DNA from: Octopus vulgaris
Lineage: Eukaryota
NCBI GenBank assembly: GCA_951406725.2
Contig: OX597816.1
Location: forward strand, 24,242,001 to 24,306,000
Length of the DNA: 64,000 bases
Reading direction: 5' to 3'
The position numbers were made by a program, and so were the translations under genes. This document shows positions 1 to 12,384 of this stretch, piece after piece (position 1 is the first letter of the stretch; every line of letters begins with the position of its first letter). The notes under the pieces are model-generated. The model worked only from the letters and a program-made list of their open reading frames with translations, was not told the DNA's origin and did no database searches.

Positions 1-435
1 TAATCGACTTGCCCCCCCCCCCCCAAAAAAAAAATTTCATACCTTGTGGCTATAGTTGAAAGGATTATTATTATTGTTGTTGTTGTTGTTGTTAAATTTC
101 GCTGAAGTCGACTTTGTCCTTTATCCTGTTGAGTTCGATAAAATAAGTACCAGTTGAGTACTGGGGTCGATGTAACCATCTTAACCCCCTCCTCCTGCTG
201 GTTTTGTGCCAAAATTTGAAATCATTATCATTATTGTTGTTGTTGTTGTGAAATGTTTAGCGGGATTTCGTGTGTCGCTACGTTCTGAGTTCGAATTCCG
301 CCGAGGTCGACTTTGCCTTTTTATCCTTTCGGAGTCGATATGTTAAGCACCAGTGACCCATTGGGGTCGATGTAATCGACTGGTCCCCTCTCCCAAAATT
401 TCAGGCCTCGTGCCTATAGTAGAAAGGATTATTAT
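1..435 (+). mobile_element. SINE family B fragments (three partial units)
   Basis: Repeated core gtcgactttg(c/t)cttt-atcctt-gagtcgata-aagtaccagt-tggggtcgatgtaa and tail aatttcaggcctcgtgcctatagtagaaaggattatt, shared with the full copies at 28429 and 63528. Confidence 0.8.
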
Positions 436-520
436 AAAAGTTCCTGGGATTAAGGGTATTACAAAGGGCTTGGTTAGAGGTCCAATCTTCCGAGTTCTTT
501 TACAGGGCTTAGAGAAACTG
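436..520 (-). mobile_element. Partial inverted copy of the mariner-type MITE at 674-888
   Basis: Reverse complement aligns with ~790-875 (cagttt...aaaagaactcggaag...ataccctta). Confidence 0.55.
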
Positions 521-640
521 TATTATTAATTACCTAGCCAACTGTCTTAAAAACGATCGTCGGCTTTGTATAATGGATTTTACGATTAAAGATATGATTT
601 TCTCTAATCTGTATTTTTGTTGTTATACACTCACACACAA

Positions 641-673
<33 letters not shown>

Positions 674-888
674 CGAGGGGTGTTGAAAAGTTCCTGGCTT
701 TGGGTTAAAGAAAATATAGGAGGATCTGTTAATTCCTATTTTAATCAACATATTCCTCTCTCAGATTCATACACTTATTGCAGCGGGTCTTCAGTTTTTC
801 GAAACCCAATAAAAGAACTCGGAAGTCTGAGCCTCCAATTGGGCTTTTCGCGATACCCTTAAAACCAAGCACTTTCAGCACCCTGACG
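674..888. mobile_element. Tc1/mariner-type MITE
   Basis: Imperfect TIRs cgaggggtgttgaaaagttcctggcttt / aaaaccaagcactttcagcaccctgacg; short non-coding interior; mariner-like CGAGGGG terminus. Confidence 0.65.
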
Positions 889-1821
889 TGTATATGTATA
901 AATATTGAAGACTCTCATACTAAAATGTACTTACGAAAATCAAAAGCAGCAATTTTTAATGTTTAATTTATATTTCAAACAAACGCCATTTTATAGTATT
1001 GCTTGAAATTTCTAAAAAACTATCATTCGATATAGTATACAAAATTCAAATTTTATATCTCTAAAGAGCAGAAGAGCTGTCTATAAATGCTTATCAATAT
1101 AGGATTTCATTATAGGCACAGCACTTCTGTGAAACGATCGTAAGATACTTTAAAAATTTAATTCAAAACTTTTAAACTGTCATATACATTATATATTTAT
1201 ACTTATACATATTTACATATATTTAAATATATATTTATATTTTTAATACAATTATTTTATACACGTATATATCTTTCTGAAGAATTTTCTAATATTGATT
1301 TCCTGATATCAATAATAATATATTATAAAATATCTCGTATTAAATATATAAATACTTTAATAGTATTAATACTTTGATACAACAGAGCACTCAATATAAA
1401 TTCAGTATATAATAATCTCATTGAATATATTTAACTAAAGATTTATGTATAAATATTGATATAAGTACGACCTATCTTGTATTTACTGTGCAATGTCTTA
1501 CCACTTAATACTTTACCATGAATACCTTCCTTTTTCACCTGTTACGCATCTCTGAATTTCTCTCGATTTGGCTTGTACTTTTATTTGTCTTGCTTTCACA
1601 ATTGGTTCTTCATTTTTCATCTATTTGTCTCTTAATCTCGGTGATTTTTATTCATTTACATATTGCTTATCTTCTTGTGGTAGTGAGCTTGAGTTTCTTG
1701 GTGTTTTCATGTTTACGCTCACGTAAGCATGAAAACATTTGTGTTCTCAAGATATATATCTAATCCTATTGTAGTTGTCATTAGAGACAGTTGCAGCTGC
1801 ATACTTTCCGTCTATCTACAT

Positions 1822-2470
1822 CAATGGTTCTTAACCAGCGTCCATATGATCCCAGGGGTGTCCATATAAGATTTGGGGTGGGATGGGGGAATTACAATCA
1901 AAATAGTAATTTGAAGATCCACTGTATAATTTTAAGGGTCCATGGATAAATTGTTTTAGATGTATTTATTGCAAGAAATAGATACATTCGTTTCTTGCTA
2001 ACGTATTTTTTTTTTCATTCTCGAGCCACGCCTGGCTCATAAGGGCCGGTTTCCCGGTTTCCTTGGCGTATAGGTTCCCCACTTGGACGGGACGTCGGTC
2101 CGTCGCAGGTGAGCTGCAAGATGCAGGAGGAAAGAGTGAGAGAAAGTTGTGGCGAAAGAGTCAGCAGAAGTTTGTCATTACCTTCTGCCGGAGCTGCATA
2201 GAGCTTAGGTGCTTTCGCTCATAAACACACGCATTGCCTGGTCTGAGATCCGAACCCGCAATCCCTCGACTGCGAGTTCGCTGCTCTAACCACTAGGCCA
2301 TGTGCCTCCACTCTTGCTAACGTATGCAAGTGAAGAAGTGAAAGACAAAATAGCAATGTTGAACGAAGTATAAAAAATACTAGTTTATAAAACATATGCT
2401 TATAGGGGTCCATCAGAATAAAATAATAATCAAAGGGGTATTTAAGTATAAAGTAGTTGAGAAACCACTG
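1822..2470. mobile_element. hAT (Charlie-like) MITE interrupted by a SINE
   Basis: Termini caatggttcttaac / gttgagaaaccactg; exact 8-bp TSD atctacat at 1814-1821 and 2471-2478. Confidence 0.85.
2007..2311 (-). mobile_element. SINE family D (tRNA-derived), full length, nested in the hAT MITE
   Basis: Head gtggaggcacatggcctagtggttagagc with B-box-like ggttcgga; homologous to 59669-59970; 14-bp TSD tcttgctaacgtat at 1993-2006 and 2312-2325. Confidence 0.9.
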
Positions 2471-2924
2471 ATCTACATCATCTTTTGAGTGATGCACGTG
2501 TTACATTGCAAGACGTTTGTGGATTTTTGTATCAAGTTTTCTTATCTCGGCGGTGGACCGCTCCATGACATTAAGGCTTATGGATCATAACAAGTACAGC
2601 TAAAGTGTTGATAACATCAATCCTGTTTCACATTAAATTCACTTCTTGAGATAGCTCAAACTCTACGATACGTTGTTTTCTTGCATATTTTTCACACATT
2701 TGTGGATAGTGAATGCCAACTCTATCACACACAACTAAATATTTATGGTTTGCTTCAGGATTTAATTCTTTGATTATGGTGTACTTTTCTCATTGTAGCA
2801 TGTCAAAAGTTTGTCTATAACGTACGTGGCTTTAGCACATTTATCAAAGCCATTTCTATTTTAATGTCATCACTGTGTTTGTTTCACAATGTTTAAAGCA
2901 CTTTCAGTTTCTAATAATTCTTTG

Positions 2925-3306
2925 TAGCGTAGGGGTGGCTGCGTGGTAAGTAGCTTGCTTACCAACCACATGGTTCCGGGTTCAGTCTACTATAGCCTCG
3001 GGTCGACCAAAGCCTTGTGAGTGGATTTGGTAGACAGAAACTAAAAGAAACCCGTCGTATATATGTATATATATGTGTGTGTGAGTATGTATATGTTTGT
3101 GTGTCTGTGTTTGTCCCCCCAACATTGATTGACGACTGATGCTGGTGTGTTTACGTCCCCGTAACTTAGCGGTTCGGCAAAAGCGACCGATAGAATAAGT
3201 ACTAGGCTTACAAGGAATAAGTCCTGAGGTCGATTTGCTCGACTAAAAGACGGTGCTCCAGCATGGTCGCAGTCAAGTGACTGAAACAAGTAAAAGAGTA
3301 AAAGAG
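2925..3306 (+). mobile_element. SINE family A
   Basis: tRNA-like head (gtggctgcgtggtaag...ggttccgggttcagtc), internal TA/TG microsatellite, 3' end gctccagcatggtcgcagtcaagtgactgaaacaagtaaaagag; more than 20 homologues in the window. Confidence 0.9.
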
Positions 3307-3359
3307 AAGCTTCAGGTCATCCACGCAAAGGAGGTGATTGATTGGTTCATGGTATGTAC

Positions 3360-3790
3360 TGTGGCGAAGACGTGTGGCTTAGTGGTTAGGGTATACGGTT
3401 CACGACTATAAGGTCGTGAGTTCGATTCCAGGCACCACGTTTTGTCCTCCTTAAGCAAAACATTATTTCACACTGTTCCAGTTCACTCAGTTGGCATAAG
3501 TTTTGTACCTGTAATTCAAAGGGAGCCAGCCTTGTCACATTTTGTGTCATGCAGAAACTCCCTAACGACTACGTAAAGGGCACGCGTGTCTGTGGAGTAT
3601 ATATGTATATATATATATGTATATGTATGGGTGTGTGTATATATTTGTGTATCTGTGTTTTTCCCCCCAACATCGCTTGACAACCGATGTTAGTGTGTTT
3701 ACGTCCCCGTAACTTTCACGTTAATTTCAAGAACAGGTTGTTCCATTGACCGGATCAACTCTAACCTTCGTCGTCGCAACTGACGGAGTA
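3360..3790 (+). mobile_element. SINE family C (CORE-like) containing a family A internal segment (~3598-3715)
   Basis: Head gtggcttagtggttaggg..gagttcgattcc; core aagcaaaacattatttcacactgttccagttcactcag; tail ...cgtcgtcgcaactgacggagt as at 6430 and 41740. Confidence 0.75.
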
Positions 3791-3934
3791 CCTATATATA
3801 CTGCATACCCTGTGTAATTTAACCGCTCAATGAAGGGGATGAGAGCTATGCGAATGAAAACAGATGATGGAGAAACGTTTTATTGAATTGTCAGAAACGC
3901 CAGCGTGTCAGATCTGACTAAATGAAAAAGATGG

Positions 3935-4315
3935 CAAGCCGCCAGAATCGTTAAGAGTGTCAGAAAAAAACATGCTTCGCGCTATTCGTTTCGAAGCTTT
4001 ACATACTGAGATCGAATGCTACCGAGGTCAACTTTGTCTTTCATTCTTCAGGGATCGATAATCTCACGTGGGGAGCCAAGTATCTGGGTCGATGAGATCG
4101 ACTAATTCTACCCCTAAAATTGTTGGTTTTGTGCCAAATATTTGAAAGAATTGCGCACTAGGATTGATGTAATTGACTAGCCCCTACTCCCAAATTTCAG
4201 ACCTTGCGTATATAGTAGAAAGGGACTTTGCTTTTCATTCTTTTGGGATCGATGAAGTAAGTACCAGTTGCGCACTGCGGTCAATGTAATCCACTAGCCC
4301 CTCCACACAAAATTT
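3935..4315 (+). mobile_element. Degenerate SINE family B units
   Basis: Diverged core (gaggtcaactttgtctttcattcttcagggatcgata) and repeated tails. Confidence 0.6.
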
Positions 4316-4330
4316 TTTAGTAAAAAGGAT

Positions 4331-4423
4331 TCTTCTTCTTCTTCTTCTTCTTCTTCTTCTTCTTCTTCTTCTTCTTCTTCTTCTTCTTCTTCTTCTTCTT
4401 CTTCTTCTTCTTCTTCTTCTTCT

Positions 4424-4470
<47 letters not shown>

Positions 4471-4553
4471 TTCTTCTTCTTCTTCTTCTTCTTCTTCTTC
4501 TTCTTGCTGCTGTTGTTGGCGTTGTTGTTGTTGCTGTTATTGTCGTTATTATT
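4331..4553. repeat. (TTC)n tract (~175 bp, nearly pure) grading into (TTG/TTA)n
   Basis: Direct reading. Confidence 0.95.
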
Positions 4554-5010
4554 GAGTGAGAGAGCAGTGCATGCCATCAAAGGGACACTGGGGTAAAATA
4601 TACAAAGCCCAATATACCCCTCATTATTACCTGTATGATAAGGGTATACCAGGCACAGCAATCACAACCATATGTGCGCGACATAGTGATCTCATATCAA
4701 GATAAACAATGCATGACCTTGCAGGTTGGGCCCAGTTAGAATTTTCTTCAGGTCGAGTGACCCATTCCGCTCAAAAAAGGTCCCTGAATAAGGTCTGTTT
4801 AAAGATGTCGAACAAAATACCTGTGTTTCCATAGATGAATTATTCAAACCCGAAAGAATCTCTCTTAACACATGGCTATGATGCTCCCCCACTACTTCTG
4901 CACGTGATCAGAAATGCACACATCAGTCACTAAGGGACATGCTCACCTGGTTAAGGTCAAACAATTGACAAACAGATCTGTGGTGTGGAGCAGAATATTT
5001 GCTGTAGCTC
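4554..5010 (-). mobile_element. Family E: non-coding element ending in (AAT)n, 5'-truncated
   Basis: Reverse complement matches 44500-44962 and 8643-8840; all three copies end ...ctgctct(c/t)tcactc followed by (aat)n. Confidence 0.8.
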
Positions 5011-5035
5011 TATTATTATTATTATTATTATTATT

Positions 5036-6207
5036 CTATGTTTGACTTTTGCTTTATGTCTGTACAATTTGGCTCCAAGTCTCACCCAGAGACGTCAAGA
5101 GACAACAGGTTGGAAGTTCTGTGCCATATATTTGGCGGTTTTTTTTTTTGTGTTGTACTAGTGAATGTCTAATACATAAAAATAAAAAATAAATAAATAA
5201 AAATTTTTTAAAAAAGTTTGTTTTAAACCTTGGGATTACATAGAGAGTATTTTGCGTAGGATATGAGCAGTTCCCATGAGCACTATCTTTTGAATTTCTG
5301 CCATTTTGGGGTTTCCTGGTATCTGAGTTAGGTAGCAATCAGTCCCTTTCGTTATCATTCCCAGGGCACCTATGACAACAGGTATTGTTTTAGTCTTCAG
5401 CTTCCACATTTTGCTGATTTCTATTTCAAGATCTTTATATTTGCTCAGTTTTTGGTAGGTCTTGACAGATACGTTTATATCGATTGGGACAGTCATATCA
5501 ATGAGGAGGCATGTTCTTTGTCTGAAGTCTTTCAATATGATGTCTGGCCTATTTGCATCTATCTTCCTGTCAGTTTGAATGGTGAAGTTCCAGAGGAGTG
5601 AGATGTGGTCATTTTCAAGCACAGGAGGTGGATTGTGTTCCCGCCAGTTTTTTCATGGGGCAAATCCAGGTTTTTGCAAATCACCCAGTGAATATATTGT
5701 GCTGCTCTATTATACCTACTGAGGTACTCTGTAGGCGCTAGAAGACTGCATTTGGAGACAACATGGTCAATGGTTTCATTTTGTTGTCGGCATACATGAC
5801 ATGTTGGGCTACTGCCGTTCTTTAATATGTTGGCCTGGTAGTTTCTTGTTGGTAGGCATTGATCTTGAGCTGCTATGATAAACCCCTCTGTTTCAGATTT
5901 TAAGCCAGAGGCCATTAGCCATTGATGGGTCAGGGCTTTGTCGATATCTGCATTATTCGCTCTCTTTGGGTATTTGCCATAGAGAGGTTTTTCTTGCCAT
6001 TTATTATTCAGAATATCTAAGGCCGCAGTTTTGGCACGGGTTTTCATGCGCCTAGCTTTTTCTGTGCTTGTTTCTTGTATGTCTATCTCTAATTCCGAAA
6101 TTGGTTGTATTCGGAATTCACTTAGATATTCCTTTGCCTGTTTTGTGACTGAGTATGATGCTTTCAGATATTCCTTTGTCTGTTTTGTGACTGAGTATGA
6201 TGCTTTC
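5036..6207 (-). mobile_element. 5'-truncated non-LTR retrotransposon with restriction-like endonuclease (Dong/R4-like)
   Basis: ORF 5559-6047 has LKSETEGFIIAAQDQ and CCHC knuckle CHVCRQQNETIDHVVSKC; frameshifted ORF 5236-5622 has RPDII..LIDMTVP..KYKDL..PVVIGALG (PD-(D/E)xK RLE); ~200-bp 3'UTR ends in (TAA)n; 42-bp tandem duplication at the 5' break (6124-6207). Confidence 0.9.
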
Positions 6208-6271
6208 TTCTTCTTCTTCTTCTTCTTATTATTATTATTATTATTATCATTATTATTATTATTATTATTAA

Positions 6272-6335
<64 letters not shown>

Positions 6336-6400
6336 GTTGTTGTTGTTGTTGTTGTTGTTTTTGTTGTTGTTATTATTATTATTATCATCATTATTATTGT
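6205..6400. repeat. Compound (TTC)n(TTA)n(TTG)n microsatellite
   Basis: Direct reading. Confidence 0.95.
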
Positions 6401-6429
6401 TAAGGCCACGAGCTGGCAGAATTTGATGC

Positions 6430-6712
6430 GAAAGCGTGTGGCTTGGTGTTTAAGGCATGGCTGTGAGTTCGATTCCTGGTGACGCGCTGTGTCCTTGAGC
6501 AAGATACTTCATTTTACGTTGCTCCAGTCCTTCCAGCTGGCAAAAATGAGTTGTACCTGTATTTCAAGGGGGCCCAGCCTTGTCACACTCTGTGTCATGC
6601 TGAATCTCCTTGGAACTGCGTTAACGCGACGCGTGTCTGTGGAATGCTCAGCTACTTGCACGTTAATTTCGGATCAACTGTTACGCTCTTCGTCGTAACC
6701 GACGGAGTGCCA
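6430..6712 (+). mobile_element. SINE family C (CORE-like)
   Basis: gtgtccttgagcaagatacttcattttacgttgctccagtcc core; tail cgtcgtaaccgacggagtgcca. Confidence 0.8.
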
Positions 6713-6962
6713 CTTTCCTTAGTACATTTGATAAAGAGTTAGAATTAAATGCCTTTCAATATTCAGTTTCGTATCACTGTTCCAAGTTCAAATACTGTAA
6801 AGTTAACCTCTCACTTTCCCGAGGTCGATAACATAATGCACCAGTTAGATTCCAGTGCCAGTCTAATGGACTACACTATCCAACTTAATTTGTAGCCTTC
6901 TCTGTATGTTTAAAACTATTATTGTTGTTCTTATCACGATTATTAATTTTATTTTACAAGGC

Positions 6963-7144
6963 ATAGGCGCAGGAGTGGCTGTGTGCTAGGTAGCTTGCTT
7001 ACGAACCACATGGTTCCGGGTTCATTCCCACTGCGTGGCGCCTTCGGCAAGTGTCTTCTACTATAGCTTCAGGCCGACCAAAGTCTTGTGAGTGGATTTG
7101 GTAGACAGAAATTGAAAGAAGGCCGTCGTATATATGTATGTATG

Positions 7145-7223
<79 letters not shown>

Positions 7224-7309
7224 GTGTATATATATATATATACGTATATATACATATATATATATACGTATATATACATATATATATATATATACGTATA
7301 TATACATAC

Positions 7310-7387
<78 letters not shown>

Positions 7388-7394
7388 ATGTATG

Positions 7395-7426
<32 letters not shown>

Positions 7427-7716
7427 CGTATATATACATACATATATATATATATATGTATATATATATGTATGTGTGTATGTGTGTGTGTGTATGTTTG
7501 TGTGTCTGTGTTTGTCCTCCCAACATCGCTAGACAACCAATGGTAGTGTGTTTCCGTCCCCGCTCCGTAGCTTAGCGGTTCGGCAAAAGAGACCGATAGA
7601 ATAAGTACTAGGCTTCCAAAGAATAAGTCCTGGGGTCGATTTGCCCGACGAAAAGGCGGTGCTCTAGCATGGCCGCAGTCAAATGACTGAAACAAGTAAA
7701 AGAGTAAAAGAGAGAG
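6963..7716 (+). mobile_element. SINE family A with an expanded (~370 bp) internal TA/TG microsatellite
   Basis: Complete head aggcgcaggagtggctgtgtg and tail gaaacaagtaaaagagtaaaagag. Confidence 0.9.
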
Positions 7717-8004
7717 TAAGGTGTGCAGGCAAAATTAATAATAATAATGATGATGATGATGATGATTTTTATCAAACAAATATATATCAATTTATAGCAT
7801 ATTACATAAAAAATAAATTTATGACACGCACTCACAAACGCACACATACGGTACACACATAGTATTTTATTTCATTTTTGAAAGGAAAATATTAATAAAT
7901 ACTTCAGATTTTCGACTACGCGTTCTTAGTCGGTGATTATTCAATTCAAGTCTGTGTTATTTAATTTATAGCTACACATAAAACGTAAAACTCTACGTAA
8001 AACA

Positions 8005-8012
8005 TAATAATG

Positions 8013-8092
<80 letters not shown>

Positions 8093-8146
8093 CATAATAT
8101 TAATAATAATGATAATAATAACAACAACAACAATAATAATGATAAC

Positions 8147-8208
<62 letters not shown>
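8005..8208. repeat. (TAA)n microsatellite
   Basis: Direct reading. Confidence 0.95.
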
Positions 8209-8210
<2 letters not shown>

Positions 8211-8526
8211 CCCTCCCCCCAAAATACAAAGACCTGGAAATAGAGGTAGCCAGAATGTAGAATCTAAAAACAGAAACAATTCCTATCATAGTAGGTGCAT
8301 TAGGCATGATAAAAAAATATTCAGACAAATACATAACAAAAGCACCAGGACTTACAAACACATATAACATACAGAAAATTGCACTACTATGCACTGCACA
8401 CATCCTACGCAGAACACTTTCCATACAATAACCATCAGAGCATCACAACAAATCACAGCACATACCCAAGGCACACAGAGCTGCGCTCGGTAGTGAAGTG
8501 AAAGCACGCTATAAGAAATAAAACTA

Positions 8527-8530
<4 letters not shown>
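8209..8530 (+). mobile_element. Second Dong/R4-like LINE subfamily, 3' fragment inside (TAA)n
   Basis: 8222-8431 translates as KYKDLEIEVARM*NLKTETIPIIVGALGMIKK...IQKIALLCTAHILRRTLSIQ*, paralogous to 5236-5445; different 3'UTR; (TAA)n on both sides. Confidence 0.85.
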
Positions 8531-8603
<73 letters not shown>

Positions 8604-8642
8604 GAACAACAACAATAATAATGATAACAATAATAATCAATC

Positions 8643-8840
8643 TGAAGAAAATTCTAATTGGGCCCCCACCTGCAAGGTCATGTGCTGTTTGTCTTGATAT
8701 GAGATCACCATGTCGCGCACATATGGTTGTGATGCATGTGCCTGGTGTACCCTTATCAGACGGGTAGTCATGATGGGTATATTGGGCTTCGTATATTTTA
8801 CCCCAGTGTCTCTTTGATGGCATGAACTGCTCTTTCACTC
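8643..8840 (+). mobile_element. Family E 3' fragment within (TAA)n
   Basis: Matches 44765-44962; followed by (aat)n. Confidence 0.8.
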
Positions 8841-8949
8841 AATAATAATAATAATAATAATGATAATAATAACAACAACAACAACACAACAACAGCAATA
8901 ATAATGATAACAATAATAATAATAATATTAATAATAATAATAATAATAA

Positions 8950-9078
8950 TAGTTTCAAATTTTGCCACAGGGGCAGCAATTTTGGGGCAGGGAATGAGTC
9001 GATTCAATCAACCCCAGTGCGAGACTGGCACTTAATTTATCGACCCCGAAAGTATGAAAAGCAAAATCGACCTCTGCG
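8950..9078 (-). mobile_element. SINE family B partial
   Basis: ttaatttatcgaccccgaaag..aaaatcgacctc core, reversed. Confidence 0.7.
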
Positions 9079-9079
9079 G

Positions 9080-9290
9080 TCTATGTAATCTCAAATTTTA
9101 AAAACAAACTCATAATTTTCGTATGTTTACTTAAACATTCTCTAGAACAACACTACGTACAAAACCAAATATATATCTTAGGCATAACATCAACATGAAC
9201 TTCTAACTTGTTGTCTCTTGAGATCTTTGGGTGAGATTTGGAGCCAACTTGTGCAAATACAAAGCAAAAGTCAAACATATAATAATAATA
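9080..9290 (+). mobile_element. Dong/R4-like 3'UTR fragment (same family as 5036-6207)
   Basis: ctatgtaatc...gggtgagatttggagccaa...aaagcaaaagtcaaacata-(taa)n matches the reverse complement of 5036-5245. Confidence 0.8.
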
Positions 9291-9299
9291 ATAACAATA

Positions 9300-9339
<40 letters not shown>

Positions 9340-9579
9340 CATTTATTTGCCACGAGCGCGAAAGATGTGGAGGACAATACAGAGACAGACATAAAGTGTG
9401 GGGGTTTACATATAATAATGGAATGATACAGAAAAAAATAAAATAAATAAAAATATTTCTGCTGTAGGCACAAGGCCTGAAATTTTGTGGCAGAGGCTTT
9501 CTCGATGACATGCAAAAAGTAATTTTGCAAATTGACAATTCAATTCGAAATGTAAACAAAAATATCATTTGAAAGTTTA

Positions 9580-9763
9580 TAGGCGCAGGAGTGGTTGTGT
9601 GGTAAGTAGCTTGCTTACCAACCACATGGTTCCGGGTTCAGTCCCACTGCGTGGCATCTTGGGCAAGTGTCTTCTACTCTAGTCTCGGGCCGACCAAAGC
9701 CTTGTGAGTGGATTTGGTAGACGGAAACTGAAAGAAACCTGTAGCATATGTGTGTGTTTGTTT

Positions 9764-9802
<39 letters not shown>

Positions 9803-10065
9803 TGTGTACTTGTCCTGAAAGAAGCCCGTCGTATATGTGTATATGTATATATATCTATGTGTGTTTGTGTTTGTCCCCACTAACATCGCTTGACAACCAA
9901 TGCTGGTGTGTTTCCGTACCCGTAACTTAGTGGTTCGGCAAAAGCGACCGATAGAATAAGTAGCAGGCTTACAAAGAATAAGTCCTGGGGTCGGTTTGCT
10001 CGACTAAAGGCGGTGCTCCAGCATGGCCGCAGTCAAATGACTGAAACAAGTAAACGAGTAAGAGT
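9580..10065 (+). mobile_element. SINE family A with a duplicated internal module
   Basis: Full head and tail; tgaaagaa..microsatellite..ttgtcc module occurs twice. Confidence 0.9.
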
Positions 10066-10214
10066 GAAAGTGAAATTCGAAATAGATTTCCTGTTTGTAA
10101 TTATTTTTACATATATTTTTCTTTTTTATAACAACTGTCTTATTTTCTACGATGTTGCCTTCATAAATTGACTACATTATACTATTGGGAAATAGAAACA
10201 GAAATATATAATCT

Positions 10215-10458
10215 CTGTATCAACCAGACTAGCGAATGTTGTTATACACTGCTGCTCACAATGCGCTTCCTCGCATTGGTGTAGCTCTCGAATAATGCCA
10301 ACTGCTCACTAGGCAGCAGGCTAACATTTCCTCTGAACGAAACACTAGTCCATTCACAGCCAAGTGGACTGGAGTAACCTGAAAAAATGAAGTGTCTGAG
10401 AATCGAAAGTACGATATTCCGATCGTGAGTGCAACACCCTATCCATTAGGCCATGCCT
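10215..10458 (-). mobile_element. Old SINE: C-type head and core with the tail seen at 24495 and 50130
   Basis: Reverse complement contains ctccagtccact core remnant and aagcgcattgtgagcagcagtgtataacaacat tail. Confidence 0.55.
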
Positions 10459-11510
10459 TTATAGAAATCTATATTTATCATGTTTAATAACTGGCATTTA
10501 AGAATTTACCTTACCAAGAGACAAAGTTTAATTTAGTCCATTCCTGGCTTCATTTCAAGTTTTTTCTTTTAAACCTGCAGTTATTTGTTCTTAAAGTAAA
10601 AGACCTCGGTGTGTTTTTTCCAAAGAAACTCTTAAAGTCTTGTGAGTGTTTGTGTTTGTGTAAGTGTGTGTGTATTTGTGTATGTATGTATTAGTGGACA
10701 AATGTAAGCAAGTTCGGTGTGTTTGTGAACCCAATATTTATACGTTATTATTTATACGTCATTATAGCTTTATTTGCTTCAAGTTCTACCTGACAAAAAA
10801 AAAAAACGAATTAATATAATGTTTCTTTACAAATATATTTTTCGTTAAGTAAAATATATTTTGTAATGAAAAAAAATAAGTTGTGTGAATAATAAACAAC
10901 CTTTTTTTACGTAGAAATATTTTCTTCAATGGAATCGGCAGCTATTCTCCTAGAATCCTGCAAATTCTCGCGGATTAAGAATTATGGTTCTAGATAAATA
11001 TTTTTCAATATCACATTCTTTCTGGCATGGTTAATTTTTTTTCCGTTCATAAATATTTGAAATATTTGAAAACATATTTGAAATAATATTTTGAAAACAA
11101 AACTTTTTGTAGTTATTGCTGTTTAGCCCAAGGTTATTCTCGATTGCGTAAAACTTATATATATTCACTAATTATGAAGAACTTCATTATCCCAAATCTC
11201 CTTTTCTTTTATTTAAAACGGTCGGGTGTGCTCTGAGGGAGATTTGCCTGCTGTTTCTAGTGGATGTCGTAATTAATACAAACAATTGGATGTAGAGAAT
11301 TTAGAAATATTATTGTCGAGATGGTTCTTATTTCCTTGCAAAGGACAGAGAACTCAGAAGTACATTATCCAATGTGTTTCTTTCTAAAACGGTAGTGTTT
11401 ATTTTGAGGGAGCCTTGGATCCCATTTCTAGCTATCCAACTGATGCCATTTCCAGATGTCCGAGAGATAAAAAGAGTGGGGTCAGCTTATACGATTATAG
11501 GCTGATCTCC

Positions 11511-11541
<31 letters not shown>

Positions 11542-11545
11542 CATA

Positions 11546-11614
<69 letters not shown>

Positions 11615-12384
11615 TTCTAGACGCGGACAACATTTTCTGTATCAGAGGAGAATGGAAGATGGTCTCTTTTAATCTACCGTATAACTTGGATGTTACCACG
11701 GATATAGCCAGAAAGTTTCTAGCTGTTGGAACACGACGCCGCCAAATGATACACAAATGAAATAAACCTTTCAATACTTTGAACACCAGTATTTCTTTGA
11801 AAAGAACGTTGCCTCCCGTAGCCCACAAAGCCGCCAATAATACATATCTACTCTGACCTGCATCAAATACTAATTTGTAACTGTTGAAATCTCTCTAACT
11901 AGCAAGGTTGTATCGATCATCTATGTCATCACGGTCTGATCAAGATGTATTACGTTGATCTCATGAGCAACACTTTCAAAACCCGTTACTAGCTGCATCT
12001 ACATTCATTTAGGTCAAAGGAAAAGAAAAACACCGTACCTCTTGACAAATTCTTCTGAAAACCTAGAAACCAATGACATGAAAACCCTCCAAAAGCATGG
12101 AGTATCATCGATAAAGTGAGTCCGTACTCACTTACGTATGAATCTCACTTTATCAGACAGTTATACATTTTACGTCCCTCCTTGACCAATACAAATTGGT
12201 TTACGTAGTACATCGGGGATACATATTTCTTTGCTACGTAATGATTGATGTATGGCACATAACTTATGGCCATGGGACTTCAAGTAAGAATGGAGTGAAT
12301 CACTAATTTCATTTCATATACATATATGTGTGTGTGTGTGTGAGTGTGTGTGTGTGCGTGAGTACGCGTCTCAGTGTATATATA

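Noticed and set aside
6999-7695. Long ORFs rich in YI/HT/CV/LSIY/poly-I/poly-K (here and throughout the ORF track)
   Set aside because: They are translations of microsatellites that lack stop codons, not genes
11610-11865. Unique sequence with open frames on both strands (possible exon)
   Set aside because: No recognisable protein motif and no partner exons; needs RNA-seq
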